The position numbers were made by a program, and so were the translations under genes. 64,000 bases of DNA from a virus. How positions within the stretch are numbered: the first letter of the stretch is position 1; every line of letters starts with the position of its first letter. The stretch covers positions 1 through 64,000 of IMG/VR virus record IMGVR_UViG_3300045243_000070, one strand, 5' to 3'. The notes below the pieces were generated by a model, which saw nothing but the letters and a program-made list of their open reading frames with translations, was not told the DNA's origin and ran no database searches. Shown piece by piece: positions 1-8,410 of the stretch.

Positions 1-298
1 TGTCGATGCGGGGGGCTGAGGACATGGAATTGTCCACCGGGGCCGTCACGACTAAGGTCTCGCCGAGAATGGTCTCGAAAGCCTTGCGAAGGGCTTCGCC
101 CTTGCTCGTCTGTCCGGGTTGCCAGTCACGGGGAAAGGTCTTCAGAACGGTAAGCAACGCTTCCGCTTTCTTGGACACTTTCGGGGCCGGAGCCTGTTTC
201 ACTTTCTTCGGGGCGACAACATCAGGTGTCACCTTGAGAATTTCTTTCCTCAACTCAACCTTATCATTCGCATTCATCTTCACGTTCCTTGTAAACAT
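1..298 (-). CDS. Hypothetical early protein, runs off window; paralog of 419..940
   Basis: ATG at 298 with AGGAGG RBS; MFTRNVKMNANDKVELRKEILKVT aligns with MFKRDVMMTDAEKAEMKAEIVKVT; absent from ORF track. Confidence 0.85.
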   Translation of the reverse strand, partial: MFTRNVKMNANDKVELRKEILKVTPDVVAPKKVKQAPAPKVSKKAEALLTVLKTFPRDWQPGQTSKGEALRKAFETILGETLVVTAPVDNSMSSAPRID

Positions 299-334
299 AC
301 TGCCTCCTGTTTTGTTTTGGTACTACTTGCCTAC

Positions 335-363
335 ATGTTAACAGATTGATTGTGATTTGTCAA
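335..363 (-). promoter_or_regulatory. sigma70-type early promoter
   Basis: TTGACA-17-TAACAT with TG extension. Confidence 0.85.
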
Positions 364-366
364 GAG

Positions 367-404
367 AAAAAACTTGGGGCCGTCATCTTGACAGAACGGC
401 CCCA
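367..404 (-). terminator. Intrinsic terminator after 419..940
   Basis: GGGGCCGT/ACGGCCCC stem then T-run on minus strand. Confidence 0.8.
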
Positions 405-418
405 GATTTCGTTTGGCC

Positions 419-940
419 TTAGCCTTGCTGTCCGAAGGTTTTAAGGATGGTTTGGGCATCGAGTTTCTTCTGAAGGGTGTTCAAGAAGTGGTCGATTTCC
501 GAATCCATCGCCATCCTGCAATCAGCAGGGTGCATGTGCTTACCGTTCTGACCGTTCTCGTTCAAGCAATAGTCGCTGTAGTCGGTCATGACTAAGACAA
601 CCTTGCCCAGAGGATAACCGTGGTCGGTACTGTCCTCTTCGGGAACAATGGCGGTAAGCCGTTTCATGTCGTCCAGCTTGATACGGGGAAGGTCGGTCAT
701 GTGGGCAGAGACTGACAGCTTCTCGCCTAACATGGCTTCCGCTAACTCCCGCAGGTATTTCCGGCGGTCAGTGCTGAAGTCGACCTTTCCGTTTTCCAAA
801 ACTTTCAAGGTCGCCACAGCCTTAGGTGACAAAGTCACTTTCTTGGCTTTAGTGGGCGGGTTAACCGCCGTCACCTTGACAATTTCGGCCTTCATTTCCG
901 CTTTTTCAGCGTCCGTCATCATCACGTCTCTTTTAAACAT
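419..940 (-). CDS. Hypothetical early protein
   Basis: 173 aa, GGAGG RBS, own promoter and terminator. Confidence 0.85.
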   Translation of the reverse strand: MFKRDVMMTDAEKAEMKAEIVKVTAVNPPTKAKKVTLSPKAVATLKVLENGKVDFSTDRRKYLRELAEAMLGEKLSVSAHMTDLPRIKLDDMKRLTAIVPEEDSTDHGYPLGKVVLVMTDYSDYCLNENGQNGKHMHPADCRMAMDSEIDHFLNTLQKKLDAQTILKTFGQQG

Positions 941-984
941 GCTACGCCTCCCTGAAAAAATTTACTGCCCTCAACTGTGACTAC

Positions 985-1013
985 ATTGTACCAGACGTTC
1001 GTCTAATTGTCAA
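985..1013 (-). promoter_or_regulatory. sigma70-type early promoter
   Basis: TTGACA-17-TACAAT, TG extension. Confidence 0.88.
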
Positions 1014-1135
1014 GCACAAAGATAAAAAATTCCACATACCAATACTGTCAAACCTAAAGCACAAAGCCCTCCCAATATAACACTGCCCCAGCTTTCTTCT
1101 TTCGGCAGGAATTGTCCTAAGTAGAAGTGGCTCAT
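1010..1135 (-). CDS. 41-aa membrane peptide
   Basis: MSHFYLGQFLPKEESWGSVILGGLCALGLTVLVCGIFYLCA; ATGA overlap with upstream ORF. Confidence 0.65.
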   Translation of the reverse strand: MSHFYLGQFLPKEESWGSVILGGLCALGLTVLVCGIFYLCA

Positions 1136-1311
1136 ATCTTCCTCAGTTCCTCAGGTTTGCAGTTCTCGTAAGTCACCGGGTTAGGCTCTTTGACGCTAGG
1201 TTTCGGCCCAACAAAGGCGACTTTAATCACATCCTTAGCTACAGCGTGAACAGTCCCAGCCATGTGCTTTTTAATATGCTCTACGTTGTCTCCAACTGTA
1301 AATTGTTCCAC
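1132..1311 (-). CDS. 59-aa SH3/KOW-like hypothetical protein
   Basis: GTG start, EQFTVGDNVEH pattern, fills operon gap. Confidence 0.6.
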   Translation of the reverse strand: MEQFTVGDNVEHIKKHMAGTVHAVAKDVIKVAFVGPKPSVKEPNPVTYENCKPEELRKI

Positions 1312-1315
1312 GTAA

Positions 1316-1531
1316 TTAATCCTTATAGTACTTTTTTACTGTCTTATTTTTATCAAAGAGGTCATTCTGGAGACCTTCAAACACTCTTTGATTTTTAGGG
1401 TTCTCAGACAACACCCAATTTAGGTAATTAATATTTCCTGCGAGTCTCCTCGCAGTTGAACGGTTATGCGTAGATTCTAAACACCTAGTAAGTTCCTCAA
1501 TTTTATTTATGATTTGTTGTTTTGTTTTCAT
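1316..1531 (-). CDS. Hypothetical protein
   Basis: 71 aa, coupled to upstream ORF. Confidence 0.7.
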   Translation of the reverse strand: MKTKQQIINKIEELTRCLESTHNRSTARRLAGNINYLNWVLSENPKNQRVFEGLQNDLFDKNKTVKKYYKD

Positions 1532-1851
1532 TTCGCAGGTACTTTGAATTCCTCGCCGTAAGCCCGACCCACCCCAGTGTATTTCATGTTACTATAGGCC
1601 ATCTCTGCGTCATACACCAACCTGCGTAAGGCGTACCGGGTCAATCGACCATTCTTGATAAAGTTCTCCCGCACCCAAGGCGTATCATAGATAAGGGTGA
1701 AGGTATTGCGGGGGTCGGTAATCAGCATCACGGCTTTTTTCTTGTCGATTTTGACCAGCTCGTAGGTAACCTTTTCATACTTCTCGGTAAACCCAATTTG
1801 TTCCTTGGTTACTACCTTGACGTGGTCTCCCAAATATCCGTTCTTTCTCAT
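1528..1851 (-). CDS. Hypothetical protein
   Basis: 107 aa, AGGGGG RBS, first gene after promoter. Confidence 0.8.
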   Translation of the reverse strand: MRKNGYLGDHVKVVTKEQIGFTEKYEKVTYELVKIDKKKAVMLITDPRNTFTLIYDTPWVRENFIKNGRLTRYALRRLVYDAEMAYSNMKYTGVGRAYGEEFKVPAK

Positions 1852-1889
1852 GTCCTGCCCCCTTTGTTGTTAATCTCTACTGTGACTAC

Positions 1890-1918
1890 ATTGTACCAGA
1901 GTCACAGTAGATTGTCAA
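1890..1918 (-). promoter_or_regulatory. sigma70-type early promoter with -10 box inside a 12-bp inverted repeat
   Basis: TTGACA-17-TACAAT; TCTACTGTGACT (1876-1887) / AGTCACAGTAGA (1900-1911). Confidence 0.88.
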
Positions 1919-1927
1919 GAGAAATCT

Positions 1928-3304
1928 TTAGGCCCTTTTAGCTAGAATCTTCAGAGCCTGTTCGTATTCCTCTTTGCCAAACCTGTTGTCCGCAACTGAA
2001 GGTATCCAGTGTTTGCTCATCTCAGGGTCAGTGATAGGGTCGTCATCGAGGATAACATAGCTCTCGATTTTTTCACCTTTCCACTGCTCCAACCAAGCTT
2101 TTATTTCACGTTGACGTGGCTTCCAGCTCCAATTAGCTGGGTCTGGTTTTTTCAACCCGAATTTTTTCTTGAACCAATCTATTGGCGAGATTGTTTCTTT
2201 CGGTAGGCTGGTTGGGGTTATCCCCGCCTCACCACCCAAAGAACAGTCTAACGGGAGACCAATATATCTGGCGCACGATTCCCAGCCAGCATATCGGCGT
2301 GTGGTTGAGTAGACAATCTTTGCTCCCGTCTCTTCAACCAAAGCTTTGAGATATTTGACGCAATCGGGGTTTGCTTCGTCTTTATAAAAGACTGGCTCAG
2401 GAAATGTCTGGCGCTTGCGATGTTCATCCCATTTGTTGGTTTGCTTGTTCTGGCGCATAGTTTCAATACCGGGAAGGGAAGGCGTGTACTCCTCACCAGC
2501 ACGAACAAAGGGCGTGTACTTAACCCCTTGGCTATTGAACCCTTCGATATCTAATCCATCGTGGTCAAAGCCATAACGATTGTACCCGTTCCTGTCGAAA
2601 CCTCTTTTGTCATACCCATCTTTTTTAAATCCGTCCTTGTCATAACCCTCGCTGTCGTATCCGTCTTTGGCGAATCCGTCTCTATCGAATTCCCATTTGT
2701 CGTAACCTTCTTTGTCGTAGCCGTTCTTATCATAACCCTCGGCATCGTATTCAAAAAGTTCTGGTCTTTCTTTTTTAAGTTCTGAGACTTCAACGTAGCC
2801 GGGAAATTCTTCTTCCCTCAGAGCGGATTTTTCAATCCAATTTTCTGGCTCGGCACAAGGGTCACCAATTCTGCGCCCCTTGCTCTCCTCAACGATAGCC
2901 TTTCTCTCTTCGATAGCCTCTTGTTCCATCTGGGCATGCATTTCTTTTTCCGCAAGCCAAGCCTCTGAGCTTTGTGGTTCTTTAGACATGTTCAAAAGCA
3001 TTTGTTCTTGCGCTTTCCAAGCCTGTTCGTCAAAGTCATCACCAGCACCCGCACCAAAAGCCCCGTCCTCTGGCCCACGGCTATCAACCATAAGGCCAAG
3101 AGGATGTTCGTTGTGAGATTTTTCTTCTTCCTCTATTTCCCTAAATAGTTCTTCATAATCTTTTTCGGTCATGACGTTTTTAGGCTTCGCCGGATAGAAG
3201 TCATGGCTTACGTCAGCACCTACACCAACTCCACCGTTGTATCGGAAAGGGGTGTCAATTGTACCGTTGAAGTCTAAGAAGATTATCTTTAGTCCTTTTT
3301 TCAT
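1928..3304 (-). CDS. HAD_SAK_2-like (Swiss Army Knife RNA-repair HAD) protein with large acidic and GYD-repeat insertion
   Basis: IIFLDFNGT, GAKIVYSTTRR, REIKAWL and YVILDDD motifs; second Asp of DxD replaced by Asn. Confidence 0.8.
   Translation of the reverse strand: MKKGLKIIFLDFNGTIDTPFRYNGGVGVGADVSHDFYPAKPKNVMTEKDYEELFREIEEEEKSHNEHPLGLMVDSRGPEDGAFGAGAGDDFDEQAWKAQEQMLLNMSKEPQSSEAWLAEKEMHAQMEQEAIEERKAIVEESKGRRIGDPCAEPENWIEKSALREEEFPGYVEVSELKKERPELFEYDAEGYDKNGYDKEGYDKWEFDRDGFAKDGYDSEGYDKDGFKKDGYDKRGFDRNGYNRYGFDHDGLDIEGFNSQGVKYTPFVRAGEEYTPSLPGIETMRQNKQTNKWDEHRKRQTFPEPVFYKDEANPDCVKYLKALVEETGAKIVYSTTRRYAGWESCARYIGLPLDCSLGGEAGITPTSLPKETISPIDWFKKKFGLKKPDPANWSWKPRQREIKAWLEQWKGEKIESYVILDDDPITDPEMSKHWIPSVADNRFGKEEYEQALKILAKRA
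2525..2749 (-). repeat. 15 tandem [YF]-D-x-x-G pentapeptide repeats
   Basis: YDAEG YDKNG YDKEG ... FNSQG in translation. Confidence 0.9.
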
Positions 3305-4059
3305 ACCGCCACCCTCACTTTCGCATCGCCCATTTTGGTAACTTGAACCTGAAGCCTCTTAATGCTCTTAGCCTTTTGCATCATGGCTTTAGCCTTGACG
3401 GTCTTAAGGCGTAACTTAACGGCCTCGATAACATCTGTGTGAGGGACGTGCTCAAGCATGTACTTAAGCACCTTGCGGGTTACGTTGTTATTGTTAATGA
3501 TCTGGTGATAGTGGTGGTGGTCTGTGTATTCGTCCATGAATTTGACAGCACCTTTCAGCGCTATCAACATGGTTTCTTCGTTGCACAAATCACTGCGAAG
3601 AATTTCACCGATTGTGGAGCCCGTGAATCCATTCTCAACCCCGATTTTCATCTGATCTCTCAGGGTGAATGTTTGACCACGGTAATTGCGGTAAGGGTTG
3701 CACTTCAGCTGAGCCTCGACCTTTTCAAAGCGGTTAGCAAGTCGAGTCATCATGGGGATAAACTCAGGGGTAGCCTCACGGAGATTTCCTGCGTGAGCAA
3801 ACATCATGTCCATTTTGCCATCCAAGATAGTCTTGCGGATAACATCAGGCATGTTCACAAAGCCTTCAAGGTGTTCCCTGTGGTCAGTTTTGAAGACGTG
3901 GATAATCCCGTAGTGACCAACCATGTTGTTCCAGTCGATTGCGTTTCGACCTTCCCCTCGCTGGTCATACCAAGCGATAATGTCCTCATCCGTGAGAAAG
4001 ATAAAACCCTCATCCGGTTTCCCCTTATTGACATGGAACCAACTCGCCATTTCAGCCAT
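3301..4059 (-). CDS. Unknown protein, paralog of 6026..6844, coupled to HAD-like gene
   Basis: Shared SWF, VGHxG, DGKMDMxFAHAGNLxEATPEFIP and HHHYH motifs; ATGA overlap. Confidence 0.88.
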   Translation of the reverse strand: MAEMASWFHVNKGKPDEGFIFLTDEDIIAWYDQRGEGRNAIDWNNMVGHYGIIHVFKTDHREHLEGFVNMPDVIRKTILDGKMDMMFAHAGNLREATPEFIPMMTRLANRFEKVEAQLKCNPYRNYRGQTFTLRDQMKIGVENGFTGSTIGEILRSDLCNEETMLIALKGAVKFMDEYTDHHHYHQIINNNNVTRKVLKYMLEHVPHTDVIEAVKLRLKTVKAKAMMQKAKSIKRLQVQVTKMGDAKVRVAV

Positions 4060-4101
4060 CGTCTACCCCCTGACCTCTTTATTAATTTCCACTACTCAAC
4101 C

Positions 4102-4130
4102 ATTGTATCAAACTTCCAGCAGATTGTCAA
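4102..4130 (-). promoter_or_regulatory. sigma70-type early promoter
   Basis: TTGACA-17-TACAAT. Confidence 0.88.
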
Positions 4131-4133
4131 CAG

Positions 4134-4460
4134 TTATTTTTTATTTTTAACTTCTTCTTGCTTTACCCGAATCTCTACAGTATAGGAGTCACCGTTGAAA
4201 TAAAGTGGGTATTCTCCCAGCAGTTCCTCGGATGGGTCAGTAGTGGCAACTTCAAAGTCACCGTTGTACAGGGCACTTCCAACATACGGCCTGTCACCAT
4301 TGCACACCATAACATCTGCCTCGATACCGCCTCCAAAATCTACTTGAAACAACTTAAGGATTTCATCACGGCCTAAGTCTTCAACGGGCTTTCCTTTATC
4401 CAGAAATTTCTGAACATCAGCGTATTCTTCTCGGCTGATATCGATAGTCCGTTTTTGCAT
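4134..4460 (-). CDS. Acidic hypothetical protein
   Basis: 108 aa, Asp/Glu rich, GAGG RBS. Confidence 0.75.
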   Translation of the reverse strand: MQKRTIDISREEYADVQKFLDKGKPVEDLGRDEILKLFQVDFGGGIEADVMVCNGDRPYVGSALYNGDFEVATTDPSEELLGEYPLYFNGDSYTVEIRVKQEEVKNKK

Positions 4461-4496
4461 TTAAAGGCCTCTCAGTTCAAAGATTTTTAAACTCAG

Positions 4497-4664
4497 CTAG
4501 ATGTGTCCGTCTTTTTTATCTCTATCGGCATGGTGTGACCAGTGTTTTTTGATGAAAGGCCACAACAAAGCACCGATGATTAAATCGAATACAACCATCA
4601 GAAATATTTCAAACATCCAATGTGCTGGGCTTCTCATCAAATCCCAGAAGGTTTCGTGTCCCAT
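4497..4664 (-). CDS. 55-aa membrane protein
   Basis: MGHETFWDLMRSPAHWMFEIFLMVVFDLIIGALLWPFIKKHW..., fills operon gap. Confidence 0.65.
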   Translation of the reverse strand: MGHETFWDLMRSPAHWMFEIFLMVVFDLIIGALLWPFIKKHWSHHADRDKKDGHI

Positions 4665-4665
4665 C

Positions 4666-4974
4666 TTAGTTTCCGGTAGGGACAGGGCCTACTTTAAAAG
4701 CTGGTGGAGTATTAGACGGTTGACAGCCGGGGCAAGTGTTTTCTTGGGTATCGTCTTCGTCAGTATCTTCCTCGAAGTCGAAACCTAAGGCCTCTAACAG
4801 CCCCTTATAATCGTCATCGGTTAGGTCGATACAAGAGTCTTCTTTCCAGTAGTCGAAGATACATCCGGCTAAGTCCCCGATATCTGGAATGACCCCGCAC
4901 CGCTCAAAATAATTCTGGGCATCCTTGCGGTATTTTTCAACGACTTTCGTAAAGACATTTGTTTTTTGAGCCAT
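4666..4974 (-). CDS. Acidic hypothetical protein
   Basis: 102 aa, DFEEDTDEDD tract, CPGC. Confidence 0.8.
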   Translation of the reverse strand: MAQKTNVFTKVVEKYRKDAQNYFERCGVIPDIGDLAGCIFDYWKEDSCIDLTDDDYKGLLEALGFDFEEDTDEDDTQENTCPGCQPSNTPPAFKVGPVPTGN

Positions 4975-5008
4975 TGTGTGCCCCCTCGTTATTTCCTACA
5001 TTGAAATC

Positions 5009-5037
5009 ATTGTACCAGAAACTCAATCGATTGTCAA
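5009..5037 (-). promoter_or_regulatory. sigma70-type early promoter
   Basis: TTGACA-17-TACAAT. Confidence 0.88.
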
Positions 5038-5045
5038 GGCTTAAC

Positions 5046-6029
5046 TTATCCCTTGGACAATATTTTCAGGGCCTCGGTATATTCAGCTTTCTGAAAACCA
5101 TTCTTAGCGATAGACGAAACCCAGTGAAGTTTCATTTGATTATCCGTGATAGGGTCATCATCAAGGATAACATAGTTCAGAATCTTCACGCCAGACCATT
5201 GCAGAAACCAGCGCTTAATTTCCTGCTGGCGTTCTTTCCAAGCCATCGTCCCGTCAGTGTAAATAAGTTTCGTCTGTCCTTCACTTCTACCTCCAAACAA
5301 ACTGACTGGAACCTCAGGAGTCACGCCGAATTTACCACCTAAGGAGTACCGCTTTGGTAAGCCTAAGTAATTGGCGCACGATTCCCACCCACCAGACCTA
5401 CGTGTTGAGGAGTAAACAATCTTAGCCCCGGTCTTATCTAAAAGCTGTTTAAGAAATTTTACAGAGTTCTTATCCGGCCCATAGTTAATGGCAGTGTACT
5501 TGTACCCCTTCCCAATGTAACTGTCCCTGTAATAATCATCCTCGTAGTAATCGTGACCACGGAAAATGTTCGTGTCTTGCTCAACATCTTTCCACGTGTT
5601 AGTCCTGTCATCGTAGTATCGTACTTTGGAAGATACCTTGGCCTCAGCCCCTCCGTACTTGTGACCGTAAGGGTCTTGCCAATCCTCATTAACACGAGTC
5701 ACCGGAGCAACATAAAAGTCTTTTCCTACGTGCTCATAAAAATTATTAGGGTCGTTGCTCGGTTTCTTCGCAGTCCAGTTTTTGGTAAACCTCTGGAACA
5801 GCGAAGGCTTAACGGCCTTCTTTGCTTCCTTGGCCTGACGAACAAGTTCTCTCGCTCTTTCTATCGGCTTGATTTTCGGCGCAACCTTTACTGGTGCGGG
5901 TTTTACCTTGACCTTAGCGGGTTTGCCGTATGTCTCGACCTTCGTGTCCTTCCAGCTGGAACCGATAGGCTCATCCATTGTTCCAGTGAAGTCAACGAAG
6001 ACTATTTTCAGTGGTTTGTTCATGTTCAC
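5046..6029 (-). CDS. HAD_SAK_2-like protein with Lys/Pro/Tyr-rich insertion; paralog of 1928..3304
   Basis: IVFVDFTGT, GAKIVYSSTRR and YVILDDDPITD motifs. Confidence 0.8.
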   Translation of the reverse strand: MNMNKPLKIVFVDFTGTMDEPIGSSWKDTKVETYGKPAKVKVKPAPVKVAPKIKPIERARELVRQAKEAKKAVKPSLFQRFTKNWTAKKPSNDPNNFYEHVGKDFYVAPVTRVNEDWQDPYGHKYGGAEAKVSSKVRYYDDRTNTWKDVEQDTNIFRGHDYYEDDYYRDSYIGKGYKYTAINYGPDKNSVKFLKQLLDKTGAKIVYSSTRRSGGWESCANYLGLPKRYSLGGKFGVTPEVPVSLFGGRSEGQTKLIYTDGTMAWKERQQEIKRWFLQWSGVKILNYVILDDDPITDNQMKLHWVSSIAKNGFQKAEYTEALKILSKG

Positions 6030-6844
6030 GCCGTCACTCGGATTTTAGCTTTTCCTCTTTTGATTATTTTTATCTTCATTTTCTTAACCCGCTCGATTTT
6101 CAGCTGAATTTTCTTAGCCTTGTCAGCCTCGATCTTTGCCTGCTCCATACGCAATTCTTTTGTGCTCGGTTGGGAGGGTAATTTCACCTGTACGAACCCC
6201 GTAAGCCGTTTTACGGCATTCTCTTGAACATCTGCGAAGGGTATGTTCTTTAGAATGTATTGCAAAATGTTTTTGGTGACAAAGCGATTGTTGATAATGT
6301 CGTGGTAGTGGTGATGGTTGGAATGTGAATCCATTAAATCCCTCGCACCAAGTAAGGCCACCATCATTGCCTCTTCCGTGCATCCTTCCTCACGTAAAAG
6401 GTTTCCAATTGAGGAGCCTTTGAAACCTCGCTTCACTCCGATTTTCATCTGGTCGAGGTTGCTGATAATCTTATCTTGGAAGTCCACGTAAGGGTTATCG
6501 GCAAGCTGAGCCTTGACGTTTCTGAACCTTGAGGCAAGGCGTTTCATTGTGGGGATGAATTCGGGAGTAGCTTCGTGTAGATTCCCGGCATGGGCGAACA
6601 ACATGTCCATCTTACCGTCAAAGATTTGTTTCTTAATGACGGGGGGCATTCCAACAAAACCCTCGTGGTGAGTCTGGTTCCGGTCTGGTATGTGGAAGAC
6701 CCTCATCAGTCCACCGTGGCCTACGAAGTCATTCCAGTTGATATTTTGACCACCCATCTCGTTCTCGTGATAGGCGATAACATCGTCATCCGTTAAGAAT
6801 ATGTATCCGTCAACTGTTCTGAACCAGCTTGCCATTTCTGACAT
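6026..6844 (-). CDS. Unknown protein, paralog of 3301..4059
   Basis: Extensive identity; ATGA overlap with HAD-like gene. Confidence 0.88.
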   Translation of the reverse strand: MSEMASWFRTVDGYIFLTDDDVIAYHENEMGGQNINWNDFVGHGGLMRVFHIPDRNQTHHEGFVGMPPVIKKQIFDGKMDMLFAHAGNLHEATPEFIPTMKRLASRFRNVKAQLADNPYVDFQDKIISNLDQMKIGVKRGFKGSSIGNLLREEGCTEEAMMVALLGARDLMDSHSNHHHYHDIINNRFVTKNILQYILKNIPFADVQENAVKRLTGFVQVKLPSQPSTKELRMEQAKIEADKAKKIQLKIERVKKMKIKIIKRGKAKIRVTA

Positions 6845-6890
6845 GTGCTACCCCCTAAGGTTTTTTTGTACTTCCCTCTACTGTGAAAAC

Positions 6891-6919
6891 ATTGTACCAG
6901 AAGACTGCTCGATTGTCAA
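6891..6919 (-). promoter_or_regulatory. sigma70-type early promoter
   Basis: TTGACA-17-TACAAT. Confidence 0.88.
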
Positions 6920-7068
6920 GAGAAAAAATTAATCATTTCCGTGGATGAAATTGTACCAGCGTATTTGAAGCATTTGTTTGTTGACATTAACAGTCACCTT
7001 ACATAGCCAAAATAACACTACAAAGGCCTGTTTAGTCTGTGATATTGACCAGAGCTTCATGTAACCTC

Positions 7069-7347
7069 CTAGATTGTAATTTCATGCAAAGAATCGGCCT
7101 CTATGTGTAAATTTGGAACCAGTGGCGTTATCCCATCTTTTAAAGCGCAGTAATAACCACGCCCATTTTGAGAAGGTCGTGAATCATGTTGTCTATCGTC
7201 CGAAACACTTTTAATATAAGCGTACATATTCCCAGTATATTCACCAAAATCTTCAAAAGCCATTTGTGGTGTAACATAACAATGAAACATATATTCTTGC
7301 CCACCGTATAATACAAGCTGACCGGGTTTAAATTTTGTCTCACTCAT
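7069..7347 (-). CDS. Hypothetical protein, paralog of 7344..7577
   Basis: Shared FKxG, YxFxCY and RPSQN motifs. Confidence 0.75.
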   Translation of the reverse strand: MSETKFKPGQLVLYGGQEYMFHCYVTPQMAFEDFGEYTGNMYAYIKSVSDDRQHDSRPSQNGRGYYCALKDGITPLVPNLHIEADSLHEITI

Positions 7348-7577
7348 GGGCTCACCATATCCAGTTCATCAAATCTCACCCAGTACAGGGGCTTATTGTT
7401 TTGTGAAGGCCTCGCACAAAAATCGGTAGGGGCATTTGTAGGTGAGTCAACATAATACCCTTTCCACTCAGTACCAAGTCCATCAATAACGCCCATTTCT
7501 TTTGTTGTATAGCAATAGAAAATATATGTTCTTCCCCTATGCGTTACCTTGTTTCCCATTTTAAAAAAGGTACTCAT
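7344..7577 (-). CDS. Hypothetical protein, paralog of 7069..7347
   Basis: Shared FKxG, YxFxCY and RPSQN motifs. Confidence 0.75.
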   Translation of the reverse strand: MSTFFKMGNKVTHRGRTYIFYCYTTKEMGVIDGLGTEWKGYYVDSPTNAPTDFCARPSQNNKPLYWVRFDELDMVSP

Positions 7578-7744
7578 GGATTTTTCCTTAATCCGTCAAG
7601 AAATATATTCGCATTACGCTCATTGGTGAAATAGGCAACAATGGTTCCCTTGGTGGCAGTGGGAGAATAAAACGCAACTACTTTCCAAGGCATAGGGTCG
7701 CCAGCCTCGTATTTAACTTCGTGCCTGATGTACATTAATCCCCC

Positions 7745-8356
7745 TTAAGGTAGGCCACAACCAAAGCATGAGCTGTTGCTCGTAATCCCCGCTAAGATTC
7801 CAGACGATGAGTAAATGGTTCCAGAAATACTGTAGCCGGGAGCAATATACATGGGAGCCCAGCCAATAAGGACATAAGACCCGCTGATGTAAGCCCTCAC
7901 GTAAACAAAGTAGTTCCCAGCGCTAGGAATTGTGATAGTGTCCGACCCACCAGACCCTGACGCAATCGGCCCGATACCAACATCCTGATACACGTTTCCA
8001 GTATCGGGGTAAGGGTATAAAGCTATTTGGTAATTGGCTGTTGTCGCACCGCCATTTGTCAGGTTAAAAGACACGGGAGGATTAACACCGCTTGAAATTG
8101 TGTGTGTACCTACCGGGTAGGCAATCGTTGACGTAGATGTTGGGGTAGGTGTGTTTGTTTTTGTTGGCGTACTCGTTACCGTTTTGGTAGCGGTATTGGT
8201 AGGTGTTGCCGTATTAACAGCCGTGTAAGTGAATGTCGGGGTATCAGTTACACTTGGAATTGAGGGGGATGTTGGGGGCATTGTTCCGCATGCAATGGGT
8301 AACATACTACCAAGGATTAACAGCACCAACCCAATTAAAGATTTGTTTTTCATCAC
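7745..8356 (-). CDS. Lipoprotein with Thr/Pro-rich linker and beta-rich C-terminal domain
   Basis: Signal peptide with lipobox PIAC; TPT repeats; AGGAGG RBS. Confidence 0.8.
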   Translation of the reverse strand: MMKNKSLIGLVLLILGSMLPIACGTMPPTSPSIPSVTDTPTFTYTAVNTATPTNTATKTVTSTPTKTNTPTPTSTSTIAYPVGTHTISSGVNPPVSFNLTNGGATTANYQIALYPYPDTGNVYQDVGIGPIASGSGGSDTITIPSAGNYFVYVRAYISGSYVLIGWAPMYIAPGYSISGTIYSSSGILAGITSNSSCFGCGLP

Positions 8357-8381
8357 GCCCTCCTGAATTTATCTATACCCT

Positions 8382-8410
8382 ACTGTACCATACCCCCAAG
8401 GAATTGTCAA
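8382..8410 (-). promoter_or_regulatory. sigma70-type early promoter
   Basis: TTGACA-17-TACAGT. Confidence 0.85.
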
